Shown here piece after piece: positions 55,480 to 64,000 of a stretch of 64,000 nucleotides of DNA. Position 1 is the stretch's first letter. Each line of letters opens with the position of its first letter. The position numbers and the translations under genes were made by a program. The notes below the pieces were generated by a model, which made no database searches, had not been told where the DNA came from, and saw only the letters and a list, made by a program, of their open reading frames with translations. The stretch covers positions 34,720,001-34,784,000 of the forward strand of contig OX597814.1 in assembly GCA_951406725.2 (NCBI GenBank), in the 5' to 3' direction. The DNA comes from Octopus vulgaris (taxonomy: Eukaryota).

Positions 55480-56345
55480 AAGGAGAGCAATGGGCTCTCT
55501 GATATCTACAGAGAGCTATATGTTGGTTTTGGTGATGAGCACCGACGAGAACAATGTGCTACCACTGACACAAGTTAACAACGAGAAAACGAAGTGATTC
55601 GTGCAGATAGACAAGTCTCAATTCACGAGCTTACCGCACAACAGGGCTGTCATCACACTACATTACACTAGAAGATGGAAAGCTTTGGGCTTCGGGAAGT
55701 TCGTGTACTTCGGCAATTGATACTTGGTTTTACAGAAATAAATGTGGAATGTGAAACTTATCTGCTGGAAGTATTTGAAATTAGTGAGGACTCGTTTTTG
55801 TCTGATCTGGTGAAAAGCGATGAAACGTGCGCATATGTTTATGATTCGGAAATGAAAGCTTAGCCCATGGAATGACATTAAACCTCCTCACCAAAGCCCA
55901 AGAAATTCAAGAGTCAATGATTTGCACAAAAAAGGCATAGTGACTATCTTTTAGGATCACAGGGGTGTCATTCTCATTGTAGGTGGACAGTGAATAACAA
56001 GCAGTACATTAAAGCTAAAAATGTTTAGAGAGGCCATTTGGACTATGAGACTGAAAAAGAATCTGAAAAATATCGTAAATAACTATGTCAATTTAGACAA
56101 CCAGACAATAGGCAAACTGGGGTGATCAGTGGTTCACCTATGCTCCCGTACAGTCCAGACCTAGCAACCTTCACTTCCAGCTCGTTGGTCCAATAAAGAA
56201 CAACAATATGATAAAAGAGACGAGCTGAAAGTGGCTTCAGACACATGGATACAACAGTACACACTTGAAATTTTAAAAGGGATTTGAGAAGTGGGTTCAG
56301 AGATCGTGAAATTGCATTGTTTGTCAAGGAGACTACGTTGAACAA
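55480..56345 (+). pseudogene. Decayed mariner (DD34D-type) transposase
   Basis: FLSDLVKSDETCAYVYDSEMK, SSPKPKKFK, TIF*DHRGVIL, PYSPDLA, GFEKWVQRS*NCIVCQGDYVE across frames. Confidence 0.8.
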
Positions 56346-56453
56346 TACTTTTTATACAGGAATCGATATTCTACTAACATGTGCAATTTGAACAACTTAT
56401 GTCAGTTAATTAAAGAAGTTCTAGTCACGTTTGCCTTACTTTCGTTAAAGCCG

Positions 56454-56494
<41 letters not shown>

Positions 56495-56498
<4 letters not shown>

Positions 56499-57317
56499 CA
56501 TAAATAAGGGCAAACGAAAAAATTTCGAATGCCAAATATGCCGAAAAATTGGACATATTGTCCATTAACCATATAAATTTTCACAATTTTTAGAAATTTC
56601 TGTCGACCTTTTTTCGAGTAGCGTGCGTATTGTGAAAAAATTATATGGTTAATGGACAATATGTCCAATTTTTCGGCATATTTGGCATTAGAAATTTTTT
56701 CGTTTGCCCTTATTTATGAATTGTTTATAAATTTAACCTTTAAAGGTATTTTTTAATATGCTGGCCATTGATAAAATTTTTTTCGAAAATAATTTTTTTT
56801 CGAAAAAAATCTTATCCTACATTAGATATAAATTTAAGCGTTCACTTCCTGACTCTCTCACTCTGTGAGGGCCTCAGTTCAAATCGCACATGTCTCGAAT
56901 GGGCTGGAGTATTTCTATTTTGGATGTATTTGGGGTACTTAATTGTGCTCATGACTTAGTGTTTGCTTCTTCCATGGGTATGAGTAAGTATCTCATTTAC
57001 TTCTTTTGCCACATGTATCACTGACGAAGGGAGGGCTGTTATGAACTAACCCTGAAATCGGTCCGATATGGTAATAATGGAATTTTTTAGAAATTTCTGT
57101 CGAGCTTTTTTCGAGTAGCGTGCGTATTGTGAAAAGATTATATGGTTAATGGACAATATGTCCAATTTTTCGGCATATTTGGCATTAGAAATTTTTTCGT
57201 TTGCCCTTATTTATGAATTGTTTTATAAATTTAACCTTTAAAGGTATTTTTTAATATGCTGGCCATTGATAAAATTTTTTTCGAAAAGAATTTTTTTCGA
57301 AAAAAATGTTATCCTAC

Positions 57318-57322
<5 letters not shown>
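56495..57322 (+). mobile_element. Non-autonomous Penelope-like element in (TA)n: ~240-bp direct repeats plus an inverted 5' copy
   Basis: Direct repeats ~56585-56824 and ~57081-57322; inverted arms ~56495-56588 and ~56629-56722; (TA)n on both sides; hammerhead motif just before the second direct repeat. Confidence 0.75.
57014..57070 (+). ncRNA. Type I minimal hammerhead motif, slightly decayed
   Basis: GUAUCA-CUGACGA-AGGG...CCCU-GAAA-UCG-GUC^CGAUAU. Stem II AGGG/CCCU; stem I GUAUC/GAUAU with an A-C mismatch next to the core; near-palindromic stem III AUCGGU. Confidence 0.65.
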
Positions 57323-57401
<79 letters not shown>

Positions 57402-57405
<4 letters not shown>

Positions 57406-57646
57406 TAATAATGGTAAGACAACAAAAGAATGAAAGCGACCTCGATATTATGTGAATAGAGGAATTTATTTGTAATATATGTGACAATTATTCGGCAGCC
57501 ATAATAAAACCCCGAGTTTCGGATGTCGGGGCATATTTTAATTGCCTGGATAACTGAAGAGATGCCGGTGCAGTTTTCCACACCGACATCCGACACTCGG
57601 AGTTTTATTATGGCAACCAAATAATTGTCACATTATATTACAAATA
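57402..57646 (+). mobile_element. (TA)n-embedded PLE-like relic with an inverted repeat and a decayed hammerhead (57550-57608)
   Basis: Inverted arms ~57465-57528 and ~57583-57646. AUAA-CUGAAGA-GAUGCCGGUG..CACCGACAUCC-GACA-CUCGGAGUU-UUAU; the inverted arm retains GAAA at the homologous position. Confidence 0.55.
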
Positions 57647-57719
57647 TATATATATATATGTCACATACATACATACATACATACACACATATAAACACAC
57701 ACACACATACACACACACA

Positions 57720-57775
<56 letters not shown>

Positions 57776-58318
57776 ATATAAAATAATTAAGGTGGCTAGA
57801 CGTAATTTACCATATGAATCAGTGATTGATTCCGCAAAATGATAATATGAAAAGTACAAATTACTTTAGGCAGTTAGACGCAATTCAAAACCAGAATGGA
57901 AATAACACACTGTCATTAAAAGGTGACGAAGGATACAGGGAGCACCAGCATTGGTAGAGGTAAGAGTCAAATGCCCTTTAGCTACAAAAGCAGATTTTAC
58001 TGACAAGGGAGAAAATCTCCCCACCGCAAACGATTCTTATATATATATATTTGATTGTTACATGAATTTGTCATGGAAATTAAGCTCATCAGTAATGCTT
58101 AATTTCCATGCTAAACTGGCATGCCGATCTGATGCCCTTATTTGCTCTGGGGAGTTGTCTCCCTTGCCAGTAAAGGGGACATGTGATTTTGTGACTAAAG
58201 AGCATTTGATTCCTATTCCTAGCAATTCGTCACCTTTTAGTGCGAGTGAATTTTATATATATATACTTACACACACACACATATATATATATATATTTAA
58301 ATATATATACTTACGTAT

Positions 58319-58361
<43 letters not shown>

Positions 58362-58376
58362 CATATACATATTTAT

Positions 58377-58492
<116 letters not shown>

Positions 58493-59849
58493 GTATATGT
58501 ATAGATATATGTATCTGTGTATTTGTGTGTGTGAGTGTGTGATTGTACATTCTCACATACTTGTAACAATTCGGGGCATGTCACCCTGTAGCCTGTAGAT
58601 AACGTTTTGCTTCCTCTTCGGAAGTGAAAAAAAAAATCACTGTCCTTTCCCTTTGATTAAGACAGTAAACAGAGTTAACATATCAATTATTCATTGTAAA
58701 TCTTCTGGCTACTATAAATATTTATGTGCCTTCTTTCTTTGATTTATATTGCTCATTCACAATATACACACATACAAGCACACACAAACACAAAAGCACG
58801 CACACACATAATATATAACCAATAAAGCAACAACTTGTTGGCGCAGCACCTGCATAAACTTTCACCAGCATTGAAGTCAACGACAGAGTCCGTAAATAGT
58901 CACAATATCTGCTAGAAAGAGTAGTTACATTTCCTCGAAATCCCATTCTGCCATCTAAAAATACTAAGGATACATTAGATAAGATAGTCGTTGGTAAACT
59001 CTACTTGGCAAGCCCTTTAGTTTATATGTCTACTCGACCTGAGCGGAATGGATTGGTGGCGGGGAGACAAGTTACAACAACAACAACAACAATTACCTGC
59101 ATAGTGATTAATTTCTCCACTGATGGAAAATAACTTTCTGTACTTGAAAATATTTTGAAGCTGTAAATTTTAAATGTCGTTTTAATTTGTTTTCTGCGGT
59201 GTTGCCCGAGGTTTAGTATTTTCAAATAAAACTTTTATATGAAGTTTGTGTTTGAAGCATTAAACATTAAAATATTTCAAAATTCCCAATATGGCTAGCA
59301 TATACTTCGCTGCCTAATAAATAAAATGTATTTGTGATTCCTCCCTGTCTGCTTTCCAAGTTGTTCAGACGAATCAAATACAATAATACTGAATGCTGGT
59401 AGTGACAGACATAAATGTTATTTCAAAATATGTTAATATGTCTATGTTTATCGTACAACGAACTTGCTATAAAACAGCGGATTAGAAGTAGAACATTATT
59501 TTGTTTCCACCAATCAATATTAATCTGCCCCGAGCAGATAAAAAAAAATTGTCGTATATTTTGCAAACATAAAACAGTGAAAACAGTTATTCCAAATTAT
59601 AGATTTATTTTTTTATTCTATTTCTTTAGTAAATTGTAGATTTCTAAATCATATTTTCGTAGAAATGAACAAAGACCTTGTAGTATTTTCACTATCTATG
59701 CTCAAATCCTACAAATATTAGCTTTGCATTTCAGCTCTGACGTTTTCATAGAGTAAGTAGAAGTCAAACACTCTGTCAGCGTAACCGATTACACTATATC
59801 CCTTTATGTATGCCCTTCTTTTGCACTGTACATGTATCTTATATAAATT

Positions 59850-60735
59850 CCAAAATGGGAAATATCAATCAAATACCTGATGCATAAAGGGGATAGAGAT
59901 GCAGGAAAGGCAGTAAAATGTGACAACCGATGCAGAATTTGTGGAGTTAACATCGATGATATCACACACATCACTAACTGTGGTCCGAAAATGTCGTCAC
60001 GGTATTATCTACTAATCAGAAATGATGCAACTAGGTGACTATATAATGAAATCCATCGGAAGGATAATCCTGAGGGCAAAGAAATACGAATCCACAGTAT
60101 GGTAGAAGCCATAGCCACTCATAATAAAAAAGAGTACTGGTGAAATGTTCCAGTTTAAACCTGAATAAAATGTATGTACAACAGACTTGATATAATGATC
60201 TTGGACAGAGAAGAGTAACTGTGTACAGTTGTGGAAATTAGCTGTTCCCCAGATGTTAACATAAAGCTGAAGATCAGTGAAAATGAATATACCTACGCTG
60301 AACTATTCAGAAATCTACATTTACTCTATCCGGATTACAAGTTCATGTTTTTACCAGCAATTATTGGGGCACTGGGATAGGTAACACACTGCCTAAATAC
60401 CAATCTTGAGAAATTAGGTTTCTCAAAACTAGAAAGGAGAAAGCTGATCCGAAGACTACAGATTCAAGCCATCTCCAGAACTGTAAAATCTGTGAAATTT
60501 CCCAGTTTATCATTTAAATATATATGAGCATGTCTATATATGCAACTATATTCATGAGAATACAGACATAAAACAAAACACACCAATCTGCAGGTATCCA
60601 TCCATCTATACATACATACATGCATACAAAAATTCTCTGTTGATGTTGAAATTCCAATGAAGGAACCTTGGATCTAGGTTAGAAACCAACTCTTTATCTA
60701 TTTGCAAGAAATCTCGAAACAAAACCGAATAATGA
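59850..60735 (+). pseudogene. Decayed 3' end of a different RLE-type non-LTR retrotransposon family
   Basis: Manual translation: CDNRCRICGVNIDDITHITNC..IRND..EYW*NVPV..NRLDIMILDREE*LCTVVEISCSPD..PAIIGALG (knuckle plus RLE), with several stops. Confidence 0.8.
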
Positions 60736-61428
60736 CATACATATATGCATATAGGCACACAAGGCCAGTGTAACGGATCCTTTAGTGTAAAGAGAAATTG
60801 ATATCCAGAAATGAATTATTCTTCTTAGCTCGATGTTATGTAAGAGGTAGTTCAGATACTTTAGTATGTAAGAAGAATTTAGTTCGGTATTATTATGTAT
60901 CTTCTTTTATTATCTCTATGACCTTTCTTCCTGCATGTGCTTAATAAGCTAGAGTCTGTTCAAGTATTTTAGTCGTAGTGGGAAGTCCAGTACATGGATT
61001 GGAGATGCTGATGCTGCTGCCTCCAAATTTGTATATTAATGTTACGTGGTGGTGGAATAGTGCAGTAGACAAAGCCATTAGTACAAAGAAACAGACCTGG
61101 AGAGCCTGGAGGGATGGGGGTAGCAGGGAACATTAATGTTATATCTGATGCATATATTCTGTTGCGTTACCATAGGCTACAGTTGCTTGAGTGCTTTTTA
61201 TAGCCCTTGAATAAATTATGCTTAATTTTAAAGTTTTCGTTATGGTTTGGCTTGCCTAACTTCAATGGCACAAATTGTGGAATCATTGCTTAATGTGTCT
61301 ATTATGTGGATGTCTTAAATGTGGTCAATATGCAGTTAAGGCTTTAGCGATAAGCTTTCTAACTATACACACTCATACATGCATATTGTTACATATATCC
61401 ATGTATATATACATATATGTTTGAATAC

Positions 61429-61610
61429 ATCTATTATATAAAATCCGTTCTGTCTGTCTGTGTGTGTGTCTTTTAGGATCTCGGGCATCCACCATCCGAT
61501 TGCGCTCAAATTTGATATGTAGATACCGACGGTATCAGGGCGTGTATAAAACTTGAAAAAATTATAAAAATCGATTCCAGGTGAGAATGCGATCGATAAA
61601 GTGAATAAAA
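61429..61610 (+). mobile_element. Possible 5' end of a non-autonomous Helitron-type element
   Basis: A|TCTATTATATAAAAT start, (GTCT)n/(GT)n, then CCGATT..AAATTTG, a layout typical of such elements. No 3' end identified. Confidence 0.45.
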
Positions 61611-62363
61611 TCTTTTTTCTTTAGAATAGAAAAAGTCTATCTTTATTTCTTCTTTTGCTGGTGTCTCAAATTAAGGTTAATCAGTGTTTCTGAAAGGGGA
61701 GACCTATGGGACGTTCGGACAAATTGTTTTGAGAAAATTTGGTTTAAATGTTTGACAACTCAGCAACGTCCATTGGACGGGGGGCGATTTTCTCATATAC
61801 ATATAGATGCCTTAATATAAAAAATCTTAGTCAGAAGTAATAAGATATTATTCTTAATTTTATTAAATTACTGGTGTGTTAACAGCACTTCGCTTCGTCC
61901 TTATAATACATTATGAAACATATCTATAAATGTTTTTAGCTAACACAGTAAACATTGCATCTATATACATTATATGCTTGTGAACTGAAAAAGAACAGCT
62001 GTATATGCTGAATATTTCAACTCTTGAGTACCACCAGCAGCAGTGTGTCTTTCTTAACCAAACACAATCACTTTGCGTACAAACCCACTCGTATGAGTGA
62101 TTAAACTAATAGGCCAGTTTGTTTACTCAACGCTCTCTTCACAGATAGTTCAAATATTAAGTTCTTCAGTGTATATGAACAGCTTCGTTTTGTTGTGGTA
62201 ATGTACTATAGAACATGTTCAATAGATTTTGTTTTCTAATCATTTTGTGTTATAAAGAATGTATCCATTACGTCAATATACGCATAATGGACAATTCAGT
62301 ATATTGTAGCTCCTAACATTGAGAACTACCAAGAACGTATTATTCCTACTACATATATATATG

Positions 62364-62500
<137 letters not shown>

Positions 62501-64000
62501 TGTAAGAAGTATAAATGAGCAAGGGGTTTGGAATCCGGTAGGAATGGAGTGCTATGGGGTAATTAAGCAGGGAAGTGGAGTAGAGTTTATCTGTGTATTG
62601 AGAGGAAGAGAGGTGTGTGTTTGTGTTCTTTTTGGGGGTGCAGGTGTGGAAGTATAGTGAAATTTGTTAATAACGTTCTAGGTTGTTGGCATGTACGTGT
62701 AGTAGTATTGTGTCTCAGAAAATCGTGGATGTGAGGAGGTGGCAGAAAATGGAAATCTAAGTTGAAAGTAGACGTCTGTGTAACGTTATTTATGACCATA
62801 AAATGCTGTTCGTAGAGGAGTGAGAGAAGAAAAAGAGAAAATAAGAAAGGCAAAGTCCAAAGGAAAAAGCTGCTTTTTGATTCTAAAACAGAAGAAAACT
62901 ATTGGAACACGTGGTGGCGTTGGTGGTGGGATAATATGACAGTGTTAGAAGCGTGTGCATGTGCCGGAATGTAAATGGAACAGATTATACTGATGAACAT
63001 TTGGGGACAAAAAAAGAACTTATAAAATTGAAGATGAAGATTGAAGCGTAAAGCCGTATAGGCTTGGAGGCATGGAATGAGTTCTAGTTCGATTTGGAGG
63101 CGAGTAGTGTATTATGGGTGGGTGTTAGCCTGGCAGCCGAACGAGATGTATTGGATGTAATAGTTAAATATGAAAAGAAATGTATGGTTGCTAGGACGGG
63201 ACAGGGCAGTGAGAAGGGAGGAGCACAGGTTATGAAGGAGGAAGAAAACAATTAAGACAAAATGGAAATATAAAACACATTGAGACAAAGAAAGATGGAG
63301 AGAAACATTAAAAAGACGAAAAGAAACAAACCAAAAGAGAAGTGCGAGTTCACGAAGAGAGTGAGAGAAAAACAATAGAAACTGAAGAATATATACGTGT
63401 AATTTCGTCCCATGCCGAAGAACCTAGCTCTTTTCTCCTTGAATTTGCTGCTAAATGGTTAAGGTTATAGATGTTGAATTTTGATATACTTTGTGACAGG
63501 TTGGTCTTTCCTACAGAGTTTCACATAGTTTCTGTCTGAAGTGACAAGGCGCAAATCCACTTGAAGTTATAGTAACATTTATTTGGTTGATTCCGGGAAC
63601 TCGTAATTGCAAAGAGATCATCTTAACCCCTCGAACGTACAGCACCTTTACACACACAGACACACGCACACACGCACACACACACACACCCACCCACACA
63701 CACACACACACACACGCACGAAAGCACGCACACACACATAAAATATATATAAGATTCATTTAAATTAGGTACTCACATTGAGGCACTTTGTTAGGTCGGA
63801 ATAATATACACACATAACAATATTATGTAAATATCAAACGCGGTACATAAGCACCGGCCAAATGATATTCTTGCTGTGTATGTAGACAATTAGACCCAGC
63901 TGAGTGAATAAATCCGCTCTAGAGCTATTCAGACATGTACATTATATTAAATACACGGTTTATAATATTTACGAAGAGCAGATTCCGAGACAGGTGAATA

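Noticed and set aside
58062-58112. Minus-strand CTGATGA inside the hairpin CATGGAAATTAAGC/GCTTAATTTCCATG
   Set aside because: No downstream GAAA or stem III; at most a rearranged remnant.
62520-63420. Old Penelope 3' end on the minus strand
   Set aside because: Only a weak peptide hint (TRLQIELELI) and no ribozyme core.

Overview
AT-rich, gene-poor eukaryotic window, most likely intronic or intergenic DNA of a coleoid cephalopod (Octopus-like, inferred from the SINE families and microsatellite load). No host gene can be firmly identified, and most ORFs in the track are microsatellite artefacts. Main content: (1) an apparently full-length R4/Dong-type RLE non-LTR retrotransposon (ORF 45299-49018, minus) inside an (AAT)n array, with an older 3' copy and two further RLE-LINE relics; (2) a near-perfect tandem array (51059-54359) of 6.2 x 534-bp units flanked by (TA)n, each full unit carrying an intact-looking type I hammerhead ribozyme on the minus strand, i.e. 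a retrozyme/Penelope-pLTR-like array that could yield circular RNA; (3) several unrelated (TA)n-associated elements with hammerhead motifs and inverted/direct repeats, plus a Penelope GIY-YIG relic; (4) an RTE-5'UTR-like element that may begin with an HDV-like ribozyme; (5) decayed Tx1/L1, mariner and maT-like elements and many tRNA-derived SINEs, some nested in each other. All folds, alignments and translations outside the ORF track were done by eye and need computational confirmation.
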